A stretch of 64,000 bases of DNA from the human T2T-CHM13v2.0 reference genome, Homo sapiens: assembly GCF_009914755.1 (NCBI RefSeq), contig NC_060926.1; one strand, given 5' to 3'. Below, piece after piece: positions 14,671 to 30,278 of this stretch. Within the stretch, counting starts at the first letter, position 1. Every line of letters starts with the position of its first letter. The notes under the pieces were generated by a model. The model had not been told where the DNA came from, did no database searches, and worked only from the letters and a program-made list of their open reading frames with translations. A program made the translations under genes and the position numbers.

Positions 14671-17600
14671 GAGGAGCAAATGGACAGTGACATTGTCATT
14701 CCTCAAGATGTCACGGAAGACTGTGGTATGGCTGAACATCTTGAAAAGTCCTCCCTTTCGAATAATGAGTGTGGTTCTCTTGACAAAACCAGTCCAGAAA
14801 TGTCAAACAGTAATAATGATGAAAGAAAAAAAGCTTTAATTTCATCAAGGAAAACATCAACTGAATGTGCATCTAGTACAGAAAATTCTTTCGTTGTCAG
14901 CAGTAGTTCAGTTTCTAATACCACTGTTGCTGGAACTCCCCCATACCCTACAAGTCGGAGGCAAACCTTTATTACTTTGGAGAAGTTTGATGGTTCAGAA
15001 AATAGACCTTTTAGTCCATCCCCCTTGAATAATATTTCATCAACTGTTACAGTGAAAAATAACCAGGAAACCATGATTAAAACAGATTTTCTACCAAAAG
15101 CAAAGCAAAGAGAAGGGACTTTTTCAAAATCTGATTCTGAAAAAATAGTGAATGGAACTAAGAGATCAAGCCGGAGAGCTGGTAAAGCTGAACAAACAGG
15201 GAATAAAAGGTCTAAGCCCTTAATGAGATCTGAGCCGGAGAAAAATACTGAGGAATCTGTTGAAGGCATTGTAGTCTTAGAAAATAACCCACCTGGTTTG
15301 CTTAATCAAACAGAATGTGTGTCAGATAATCAGGTTCATCTTTCTGAATCTACAATGGAGCATGACAATACAAAGCTTAAAGCAGCAACAATGGAAAATG
15401 CTGTATTATTGGAAACTAATACTGTAGAGGAGAAAAATGTAGAAATTAATTTGGAATCCAAAGAGAATACACCCCCAGTAGTAATATCAGCAGATCAAAT
15501 GGTAAATGAGGATAGTCAGGTTCAGATAACTCCAAATCAGAAAACCCTTAGACGGTCTTCAAGGCGACGTTCAGAAGTAGTAGAGTCTACCACTGAAAGC
15601 CAAGATAAGGAAAATAGTCATCAAAAAAAGGAACGACGTAAGGAAGAAGAAAAACCTCTTCAGAAGAGTCCATTGCATATAAAAGATGATGTGTTACCTA
15701 AACAAAAACTGATTGCTGAACAAACTCTACAGGAGAATTTAATTGAGAAAGGAAGTAATTTACATGAGAAGACTCTTGGGGAAACTAGTGCTAATGCAGA
15801 AACTGAACAAAATAAAAAAAAGGCAGACCCTGAGAACATTAAGTCTGAGGGGGATGGTACCCAGGACATTGTAGATAAGTCCTCTGAGAAACTAGTCAGA
15901 GGCCGAACACGGTATCAAACTAGAAGAGCATCTCAGGGTTTGCTTTCCAGCATTGAAAACTCAGAATCTGATAGTTCGGAGGCAAAAGAAGAAGGTTCTA
16001 GGAAGAAGAGATCTGGAAAATGGAAAAACAAAAGCAATGAAAGTGTTGACATTCAAGATCAAGAAGAGAAAGTGGTGAAACAGGAATGTATAAAAGCTGA
16101 AAATCAGTCACATGATTATAAAGCAACTTCTGAAGAAGATGTAAGCATAAAATCTCCGATTTGCGAAAAACAAGATGAAAGTAATACTGTAATATGTCAG
16201 GATTCTACAGTAACTTCAGATTTGTTGCAAGTTCCTGATGATTTACCAAATGTGTGTGAGGAAAAAAATGAAACTAGCAAATATGCAGAATATTCCTTTA
16301 CAAGTCTACCTGTGCCAGAATCAAATCTAAGGACTAGAAATGCCATTAAGAGATTACATAAGCGAGACTCTTTTGATAATTGTAGTTTGGGAGAATCCTC
16401 AAAAATAGGGATATCAGATATTTCTTCGCTTTCAGAAAAAACTTTTCAAACACTTGAATGCCAACACAAGAGAAGTAGGAGGGTGAGGAGATCTAAAGGT
16501 TGTGATTGCTGTGGGGAAAAATCACAACCTCAGGAAAAGTCACTCATTGGGTTAAAGAATACAGAAAATAATGACGTAGAGATTAGTGAAACAAAAAAGG
16601 CAGATGTGCAAGCACCTGTAAGCCCATCAGAAACTTCTCAAGCTAATCCATATTCTGAAGGACAATTTTTAGATGAACATCATAGTGTGAATTTTCATTT
16701 GGGTCTCAAAGAGGATAATGATACTATTAATGATTCATTAATTGTTTCTGAAACCAAATCAAAAGAAAACACTATGCAAGAATCTCTTCCTTCTGGAATA
16801 GTAAACTTTAGAGAGGAAATTTGTGATATGGATTCTAGTGAAGCAATGTCTCTTGAAAGCCAGGAGTCACCTAATGAAAATTTTAAAACTGTTGGCCCGT
16901 GTTTAGGAGACTCGAAAAATGTTTCACAGGAATCTTTGGAGACAAAAGAAGAAAAACCAGAAGAAACCCCAAAAATGGAACTGAGTCTAGAGAATGTTAC
17001 TGTTGAAGGAAATGCATGTAAAGTAACAGAATCCAATCTAGAGAAAGCAAAAACTATGGAATTGAATGTAGGAAATGAAGCTAGCTTTCATGGACAAGAG
17101 AGAACCAAAACTGGTATTTCTGAAGAAGCAGCAATAGAAGAAAATAAAAGAAATGATGACTCTGAAGCAGACACAGCTAAACTGAATGCCAAAGAAGTAG
17201 CAACTGAGGAATTTAATTCAGATATTAGTCTTTCTGATAATACTACACCTGTAAAATTGAATGCTCAAACTGAGATTTCTGAACAAACAGCAGCTGGGGA
17301 ACTAGATGGAGGAAATGATGTATCTGATCTACACTCATCTGAAGAAACGAATACCAAAATGAAAAATTATGAAGAAATGATGATCGGCGAGGCAATGGCT
17401 GAAACTGGCCATGATGGTGAAACAGAGAATGAGGGCATAACTACCAAAACCTCAAAGCCTGATGAAGCTGAAACAAACATGTTGACTGCAGAAATGGACA
17501 ACTTTGTTTGTGACACAGTTGAAATGAGCACTGAAGAAGGAATCATTGACGCTAATAAAACTGAAACAAATACTGAGTATAGTAAATCTGAAGAAAAATT

Positions 17601-17907
17601 AGATAACAATCAAATGGTAATGGAAAGTGATATTTTACAGGAAGATCACCATACTTCACAGAAAGTGGAGGAACCATCACAGTGTCTGGCATCTGGAACA
17701 GCTATCTCTGAGCTAATAATAGAAGACAATAATGCATCTCCTCAAAAACTAAGGGAACTTGATCCTTCACTTGTGTCAGCAAATGACAGTCCTAGTGGCA
17801 TGCAGACACGCTGTGTCTGGTCTCCTTTGGCTTCTCCGTCTACGAGCATTTTAAAGAGAGGACTAAAAAGATCCCAAGAAGATGAAATCTCATCACCTGT
17901 TAATAAG
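14671..17907 (+). CDS. RIF1: RIF1 giant exon (~30), 1079 codons of intrinsically disordered region; ends with the SILK motif
   Basis: tctgtgcag|GAG...AAG|gtaagg; 3237 nt inside the 1144-aa ORF; acidic, Ser/Glu/Lys-rich; RRQTFITLEKF at 14956 and SILK at 17845-17856. Confidence 0.98.
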
Positions 17908-18728
17908 GTAAGGGGAATGAGGCTAAATATTAAGGAACCCAGTATTTGGTTGGGATATTTTGGCCATACAGTGACCTCTGGTGAATGACAAAATATTACA
18001 ATTATATGGCCACTCATTTGATTATTTACCATAATGGTTGCTAGGGAAAAGGTAGGTAGAAGAAAAGGTTTCGAAAAAAGGAGACTGAAGCCTTTTAGAT
18101 AAGTCTTTCATTTTACAACACTAAAGATCTTTATGCAGCTGTGCACATTGTTCACCTTTGGCAAAATTGATAAGGCTCCTAGCATCTTTTCTGCTCCCCA
18201 TACCATAATATCATATGAGGAAACAGATTTAGGAATGCAGGCAACACTGCCATTGATAAAGCAGATTTAGTAGTTGTGTGTTGGAACATTATGCTGTTTT
18301 ACGTTTTACATACATGTTCCAGACCATATCTAATTAAAAAAAAAAACTCATGTGCCTTCATCAACTTGTAGATGTGATCTTATTTAGTTATTTATATCCC
18401 CATTTCCTCAGCTAAATTATAGATCTTTTACTTTAGAAAAGATGGATTATCTATATATCTGCTTTAGCTTCAGGCCTTGTGCCTTGCACATAGTTTGTTG
18501 AATGAATGAATAAAAAAATAGGAAAAGTTAAATGTATTTACGTAACTCAACTTGTCTTATACTTAACAAAATAGATATCCTGAAAAGGTATGATGTTGGC
18601 ATTCCTTAATTTTGAACTTGAACCTGCTATTCATTGTAGAATACATTTTATATATACAAGCATGAATATATAGACATGACACCTTGTTTTTTGCCTTCAA
18701 CAAACAACACTTTGAAAGTATTCCTTTG

Positions 18729-19034
<306 letters not shown>

Positions 19035-19119
19035 TCAAAATCCCTGTTACTCTTATTCATGTGTCTGAACTTTGCAAGATACACTGAAAATTCTTCTGCT
19101 GAGAATCTAGAGATTAAGT

Positions 19120-19428
19120 TGTTTTTTGTTTTGTTTGTTTGTTTTTTGAGATGGAGTCTTACTCTGTCTGTAAGACAGAGTAGTGCAGTGGCACGATCTT
19201 GGCTCACTGCATGCTCTGCCTCCCGGGTTCAAGCGATTCTCCTGCCTCAGCCTCTTGAGTAGCTGGCATTACAGGCATGTGCCACTAAGCCCAGCTAATT
19301 TTTGTACTTTTAGTAGAGATAAGGTTTCACCATGTTGGTCAGGCTGGTCTTGAACTCCTGACCTCGAGATCCACCCGCCTTGGCCTCCCAAAGTGCTGGG
19401 ATTACAGGTGCGAGCCACTGCGCCTGGC
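19120..19428 (-). mobile_element. AluS
   Basis: Antisense Alu, tail-to-tail with the previous Alu. Confidence 0.92.
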
Positions 19429-19786
19429 ACATTTCTGTTTTTACATCAGTCTTCTTTCTAGTCTGGTAATCCCATAAAGTTCCTAGAATCAGATCGTACA
19501 CTTTTAACTGCCACATCTGGCTTCGTTAAGTTTTTGTTACTGTGCCTTTTTCACAATCTTTGGTATTATGCAGAGACAGTTTAAAATATAGAAAATTAGA
19601 GTGAATTGTGGTATTGAGTTAATGTGATCTGTGAAGGCAGTCGCTAGGAACTGTGCAGCTGACTTCTGGTGAAATAAATTTTCTAAACCCACATTCTATT
19701 TTTGGGTAACCTCATAATGAAAATTTATGGTGTAATTTTTTAAAAACTTTAATTTTGTTAAGTAAAATCCTGACCTGTGTTTTCAG

Positions 19787-19933
19787 GTTCGCCGTGTCTC
19801 CTTTGCAGATCCAATATACCAAGCAGGATTGGCAGATGACATTGATAGACGGTGCTCTATTGTTAGGTCCCATTCTTCCAATAGTTCTCCCATAGGAAAA
19901 AGTGTTAAAACTTCTCCTACTACACAATCTAAG
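19787..19933 (+). CDS. RIF1: RIF1 coding exon (~31): VRRVSFADPIYQAG...PTTQSK (RVxF PP1 motif)
   Basis: gttttcag|GTT...AAG|gtaagc; 147 nt. Confidence 0.96.
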
Positions 19934-20260
19934 GTAAGCTATAGGCTTTAAAATATACATATATGTATACCGACACAGAATTACATGTACATGATGTGTC
20001 ATAAAATGAACTATATATGTGAAAAACTTCTTCCTTGGTTTAAAATATATTCTTTTGTCTGCTACACGGTAAGCAGAAAGGAAGAGAAGCAGAAAGGTAA
20101 GAGGCAGTAATGATCCAGCAAGTAATTGATTAGGTAGTAGATTACTCTTTTTATGTTTTTTGAACTTTTAAAGAAATGATTGCAGTCTAAGTTGTAAAAA
20201 TTGTGAAATTATAGTCATCTAGGGTTCTGAGTGTTTTTTTCTCTCCTTTCTTCTATCTAG

Positions 20261-20338
20261 CATAATACCACTTCAGCCAAAGGATTTCTGTCCCCAGGAT
20301 CACGTAGCCCTAAATTTAAGAGCTCAAAGAAGTGTTTA
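20261..20338 (+). CDS. RIF1: RIF1 cassette exon (~32; RIF1-Long specific): HNTTSAKGFLSPGSRSPKFKSSKKCL
   Basis: ttctatctag|CAT...TTA|gtaaga; 78 nt, phase 0-0; known 26-aa alternative segment containing SPKF. Confidence 0.95.
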
Positions 20339-20427
20339 GTAAGAAGTGCTTTAGTTTTCATGTCACTTTATATTTTCATGTTCAGTCAGTTGACCTCTGT
20401 GTAACAGCTTCTGAAATTTATTCTAAG

Positions 20428-20543
20428 ATTTCAGAAATGGCCAAAGAATCCATACCATGCCCAACAGAAAGTGTTTACCCACCATTGGTGAACTGTGTGG
20501 CACCAGTTGACATCATTTTACCTCAGATTACATCAAACATGTG
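20428..20543 (+). CDS. RIF1: RIF1 coding exon (~33): ISEMAKESIPCPTESVYPPLVNCVAPVDIILPQITSNMW
   Basis: ttctaag|ATT...TG|gtaagt; 116 nt. Confidence 0.92.
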
Positions 20544-21497
20544 GTAAGTGGTTATTTAGGCTTCTTGCTTATATTCCAAGATGCCACTTATTTAAGAGGA
20601 CTTATCTGATTGCTTGGTTCTCATGTTTAGAATTGATTGGCATGTACTCTCACACACATTTTATTTTTGAAATAAAAATGCAACTGAGAAGGTAGGCCAG
20701 ATAAGGCAATATGAAAAACATTTAGTATAGTAAGATGTATGCATAATATTTCAGGTGCTGCATTGAACCCTTATATCATTATCTTGTTTAATCCAAATAT
20801 AAACCTTATGAGGAATATGAATATCATTTCTACTTTATAGGATGAAGTTTACAAAGATTACCAGCAAAACCACACAGCTGTTAAGTCATCACATGTAAGA
20901 AGCATGAGACTCACATACATAAAACTTGTTCATCAGCTGTTTTGTTTTGTTTCTAATTACAAGTTTGTTTCCTTGATGTTTTAAGTCTTGGAAACTTAAA
21001 TGCGTGCATGTAGATCGTTCACTATATCTTGATTAAAAGAATTATTTCAGGTAGTTTGTGATGCCTTGAGATAGTTTCTCTTTAACTGAATTATCAAGCT
21101 GCCCTGTCGTAGCATAATCCCCAATAGGAGATGAAGTATTCTTAAACTTCTCTGAGGAATTTAATGATGCAGTAATATGTATCAGACATACCAAGTCCAT
21201 TTCTGATTAAAGTTGGGGAGGGGATTATGTGTACTTAAGAATTATCTATTAATGAGATGTATGTAGAAGCACAAGGCACGCAGTGGGCTCATTCAGTTGC
21301 CAGTACTGTTGCTTATACCAGACATACACATCAGATTCGAATTTTGTTTTAAATTACACATACATGTGCCTGTCTTCACTGTGGGCTAACCTCAGTTATG
21401 ATTGAGCTTAAATGGGGAAATTGAACTGGATAAACCCTTGCAAATAGCATATAAATAAAACTATATAATTATAATTTCCTGTTTCTGTTTTGTTTAG

Positions 21498-21651
21498 GGC
21501 AAGAGGCCTGGGACAACTCATTAGAGCTAAGAATATAAAAACTATTGGTGATTTGAGTACTCTTACAGCATCTGAAATAAAAACTCTTCCTATCCGTTCT
21601 CCAAAAGTGTCCAATGTAAAAAAGGCTCTCAGAATATATCATGAGCAGCAG
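21498..21651 (+). CDS. RIF1: RIF1 coding exon (~34): ARGLGQLIRAKNIKTIGDLSTL...IYHEQQ (C-terminal domain)
   Basis: tgtttag|G...CAG|gtaaaa; 154 nt. Confidence 0.95.
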
Positions 21652-22174
21652 GTAAAAACTTAGATATTAGCTATGATGTATATTAATAAATGATGTAGCA
21701 GTACAGTTACAGAAGTTTGTTAAAAGATCACTTCATAATGGCACAGGGAAATTGATTCATTTATTTTGTACTGTCTTTATGCATTGCACCTCAGATAAAT
21801 TTTTAAATTGTTTTTTCATTAAATTCTGTTCATCCCCTTCTCTCTTTCATTTCCACCATTCGGTATTTGATTCCATGGCTGCTACTGCTAAAACCTAGAT
21901 GTTCAAATCCAAACATCTACCAAAACCATACAGATTTGTAGGTCACAGTATTTTGGTTTGGATGCCTACCACATTTGTGACTTATTTTTCTTATTTTTCC
22001 TTTTTTGTCAGTATTGTGCATATGAACATTTTGGGTCATGGGCATTTTTCAAGATTCTGATGAAAGCTAAGATTCTTCCCTGCTGTAAAACTATATAGAA
22101 AATTTTGTATATAATTTCAGAAGGATTCACAGACTACTGAAACCCATTCAGAGACCCTCTATCCATTGACACTA

Positions 22175-22413
22175 CAGGTTGAGTATTCCTTATCTGAATT
22201 GCTTAGGACCAGAAATGTTTTGGACTTCAGATTTATTTCGATTTTGAGATATTTGCATTATGCAGCTACTTGCCAGTTTAGCAGCCCTAATCTGTAAATC
22301 CAAAACGCTCATTAGAGAATTTGGGCATCATGTCAGTGCTCAAAAAGCTTCAAATTTTGGATTCCATTCCATCCAAAAAAGATTCCATTTTTGGAGTAGG
22401 CATACTCAACCTG
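22175..22413. mobile_element. Tigger4/MER46 MITE
   Basis: Terminal inverted repeats caggttgagtat / atactcaacctg, flanked by TA. Confidence 0.8.
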
Positions 22414-22689
22414 TATCAGAAGTTTTGAATAAATGAAAAATAGAATAAGCAGTGTTCTGAATCAGAATTTCTCAGACCTGGGGTTTGCCAGCCACTGAAG
22501 ACTTCTGCTGTATTCTTGAAGGTCCTTGATTTTATATTAACTTATTTGTGATCTTCTAAACATTCATTAACTGGTTACTCAGAAAACCAATACTACTAGT
22601 AATTTTCTGTCTCACAGATTGAATTTAGTTTCTAAAGTATTTTCTTACTCAGTTTCCATGGGTCTTGGGAAAGTCTATGAGAATTAGGT

Positions 22690-24990
<2,301 letters not shown>

Positions 24991-25080
24991 TTATTATTTT
25001 CAGAAAGTTAACTTTCTGAACTTAGTATTTTCTCAATCAGTGGTCCATACGTCCTAGGAACACTTAAGAAAATTGTATCC

Positions 25081-25410
<330 letters not shown>

Positions 25411-25751
25411 TAAGCTTGGAAATCTCTGGTATAGACTTTTTTATACCACATTCTTAAACTTGGGAAATAGAATGTAATTTTCTTAGCTGCCATGGCTATA
25501 TTTCCTGAGAAAACCATTATGAAATATTGTTAAATTCTAACCCTCTCTTTGAGGAAATACTTTGTAATGCTTTATTTTGTGTAGTTAGAACCTACTTTCT
25601 TAGCAGTATTAGCTCTTAATTGTGATGGGTGGTAGAACATAGGTTCTATGCAATGTTTTCCAGTGTTTGTACTATTACTCCTATTAAAAGTAAAGTTTCA
25701 ATTTGTTGTTGTTGTTGTTTTGCGTTTTTTTCTGCTCCAACTGTAATCAAG

Positions 25752-25860
25752 GTGAAGACTCGTGGACTAGAAGAGATTCCAGTTTTTGATATTTCTGAAA
25801 AAACAGTAAATGGAATAGAAAATAAATCTTTGTCACCTGATGAAGAAAGACTTGTCTCAG
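25752..25860 (+). CDS. RIF1: RIF1 coding exon (~35): VKTRGLEEIPVFDISEK...ERLVS
   Basis: aatcaag|GTG...TCAG|gtatat; 109 nt. Confidence 0.92.
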
Positions 25861-26153
25861 GTATATTTTAGCAAAAGTGGGATAATTTTATTTAGAAGAT
25901 CAGCTGACTTTCTTGAAATATGTTATTTTTTTTAGTCTGATTTGACCATGCCTTATTTCAACAATTATTTTATGTTTAATGTGAAGTATATGAAAAACTA
26001 ACCGATTGGACATCAAATGTGTCTACTTGTTTTTCTTGTCAACTTCTCCATCAAGGTCTCAAGGATTTAAACTATACACTTTCTCTTCTAGTTATATTAA
26101 TAAATGAAGTAGTCTACCATTTTTAAATTTCTTTAATAGCACAGAATAATCTA

Positions 26154-26528
<375 letters not shown>

Positions 26529-26644
26529 TTAAGCCTGCTCTCTCAATTTGAAACCTAGGCACTTGGACTAACTTAAAAGATCATGTAAAAAATTTAATTT
26601 TTGTCTGGTATAGATTTAATTGTGGTTTTTTTTTTCTCTTTTAG

Positions 26645-26859
26645 ATATAATTGATCCTGTTGCTTTAGAAATTCCATTATCCAAAAACCTTGTGGCACAG
26701 ATTAGTGCTCTTGCTCTTCAGCTGGATTCAGAAGATCTTCATAATTATTCAGGAAGCCAACTATTTGAAATGCACGAGAAACTAAGTTGTATGGCAAACT
26801 CTGTAATAAAAAATCTACAGTCACGTTGGAGATCACCATCCCATGAAAATTCTATTTAG
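26645..26859 (+). CDS. RIF1: RIF1 last coding exon: DIIDPVALEIPLSK...RSPSHENSI*
   Basis: ctcttttag|AT; TAG stop at 26857-26859; RIF1 C-terminus. Confidence 0.96.
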
Positions 26860-29166
26860 TATTTTCAGAGAAAATTGAAGGTTTTTTTAAACATCACTGG
26901 ATTTCTTGATTGAGGAAACAAGTTCTGAAATAATAGCACAATTTCAAAGAAGAGACTCTTTGCAAAGTTGATAACATTTCAAACCCTGAAGGACAGTGAC
27001 TTATTATGTAAGTTCAATTTTGTAAGTTCATTATGTAAGATCCTTTTTTTTTTCATAATATGTATTCTTGGCTGCTATGCGTGGTTTTTCAGGAAATTTA
27101 ATTATCTTACTGAGATGTGAAAGCAAAACTAGTAACAGAACTTACATTTTATTTCATGCTTTCTTAAACCCGTGCATATTCTGGTGAAACATGTAAAATA
27201 CTTTAAGTAAAATTGAACATTTTTATTTGAATTTTTGCTGAACTGATAAAGGTGTTTATATTTTTGTTTGTTTGTTTGTTTAATTCATGTTTGTTGGGAC
27301 TGAGGTTTAGGAAGTTTGTTACTGGTTAAAAACCTCAAATGAAATGCGAAAGAATTTGAATTTTTCCTGCATATGTCAACTTTGGACAGCTTTCAAGAAA
27401 AATGAGAAAAGTTTCAACTTCTGGCGGTTAAAATATTAATGCAGAATTTACTAAGATTTTATTCATTTGCATTAGCAAATATTCATGCAGCAGCAGTTGA
27501 CTGAAAATTTATTCTTATGAGACGTATAGTATTCATTTTTAAATGCATGATTGTACATTATGTATAGACGACAATGTTTTTAATTTATAAATTTCATTCT
27601 TTGTTAATTGCATGGGTTTTTCTGCAGCTTATTGTGAATACCTTGGTTCTGTTCAATAGAAACATTTTGTATATATTAAATACTGAAATATCAGTATCGA
27701 CGGTGGAAGTGCTTCATGGGCTTGCTGCACATATTTGTAGGATACTGTATCTGCAAATGCAACAACAAATAGTTTTGTACTTGGTTAACAGTCTTAGTTA
27801 AAACATGAGTTTATTTTCTAAAAGTATCCAGAATAAGTAAAATTATAGAAATAAGAAAATGTTACACAACTTTGCTGTTCATACCCTTACCTTCTTACTA
27901 CTTTTGGTTTGGAGGAGGGTATCACCACTAGAAAGTGTGCCTCCTTAAGATTTCTTAAAGGAAAGTTAGTTTCAGTATTTCACAGCAAGTTGGACTACAA
28001 AATCTAGAGTTGATCTGCTTTTTAAACCTTCATTTAAAAGCAAACTTGGAAGAAATTTGAAACTGATGTTTTTAATATATGTCTGTGTTGCCTAGGTTTT
28101 CTTTTTTTAAAGAGGTATGTAATTAAAACCTTTGTAAAATTTGCCAACTAATATTAGTGCCTGACTTCCCATATTTGTTTCATCTTTTTAACTGACAGTA
28201 TATCTCACTTCTTCTTTGAATAGAATGAGTGAGTGATCTCAGTTTTCACATTTTATTCAGAAGCTAATCCCTACTTAGCAAGGCACACATTCTACAGCAA
28301 GTCATAGAAAGTTTAATCCTTGTGCCTCCTTAGCTCTCGTATATTCAGGGATCTCTATAAAAGTTGGTGTCTTTTTTCATCATCATAAATTCATCATAAT
28401 CACAGATATTTTTGGGTCTAAGATATTCATATACCAAGGATGGTTTTGTAAAGAATTCTGGGATCATTGAATTAAGGATTGTGGCTTGAAGTAACTAAAG
28501 AAAAATACTAATTTCCTTAAAAGGAATTATAATTATGATTTACATTTTACATCATTAATTTCCCAAATTATATTTAAACGTAAGGAGGTGCACATGAGTT
28601 TTTAGCAAACAGGTATGAATAAGCAGCTATGTATATGTGTTTGGGGCAGAGGGGAGCAGATTACTTTAACACACTTCAGAATTAAAATCAGTTCGTTTCA
28701 TGACTCTGTGCCTTAACGTTTGTGTGAACTAAACTTGCTGATTGAATGAAATTCTTGGGAAGCCGAACAGTAATAGCAGAAAATGTGACCAAATGAGTAT
28801 CATGTACTTAAATCACTGAATTTTATATAAGCACAAGTATTAATTTTAAAAACATTATAGTTTAATAAAGCTGCATTTAAAAATATTTGGGAGCAAAGAC
28901 AAGCATGCTAAATCTTCATTTTGCTATGGCTATAAGCATATATTTTTGGCAACTTATTTGCAATATTCTTGCCTTAAAGTTTCCTGCAAATTTCCCCCTT
29001 AGTAATTCCCGAATAGCAAAACATTAATATTCCATGATTAGCTCTATTGTGTTGTCTCACTATTAAAATGGAATTCGTTTTTTCAAATCTTTTCTAATGG
29101 TTAATAAAACAAATGTCAGATCATAATAACACTCAAATGTGTCTTAATTGTCTTATGCATATTTAA

Positions 29167-29796
<630 letters not shown>

Positions 29797-30037
29797 CATC
29801 ATTTCCATATCTATGAAATCTATTTTGGATTTTAGAGTGGATTTAAATTTTCAGTATTTCAGTGACCTCATTGTTAAAGCTGCTTTGCCACTTGTACAAG
29901 TTTGAAAACCATTGTTGAATCATATGGAGCTTTACTCTAATTCCAAATAGTTAAAGGATGAATCAGGTTAAATAATGCTGTTGGATAATACAGGCAAAAA
30001 CAGGATTTAAACCCGCACATTAAAAGCATGACTGAAG

Positions 30038-30278
30038 GCCCGGCAGGTGGATCACTTTGGCCCAGGAGTTCAAAACTGACCTGAACAATGTGGCGAAATC
30101 CTGTCTCTACTAAAAATACAAAAACCAGCCAGGCATGTTGGCGCATACTTGTAATCTCAGCTACTCAGGAGGCTGAGACATGAGAATTGCTTGAACCTTT
30201 TAGGCGGAGGTTGCAGTGAGCCGAGATCATGCCATTGCGCGACAGAGCAAGTCTCTGTCTCGCAAAAAAAAAAAAAAA
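30038..30278 (+). mobile_element. 5'-truncated Alu in the RIF1 3'UTR
   Basis: ggcaggtggatcactt ... A-tail. Confidence 0.9.

Noticed and set aside
14703-17609. Antisense ORFs (188, 69, 113 and 80 aa) over the giant exon
   Set aside because: Ser/Phe/Leu-rich shadows of the A-rich coding strand with no independent signals.
14554-17988. 1144-aa ORF as a stand-alone intronless gene
   Set aside because: It is the 3237-nt RIF1 exon plus in-frame intronic overhangs; clear splice sites lie at 14671 and 17907.
27732-27760. Small imperfect hairpin atttgtaggatactgtatctgcaaat just after the proximal ATTAAA
   Set aside because: Too short and imperfect to distinguish from chance without conservation data.
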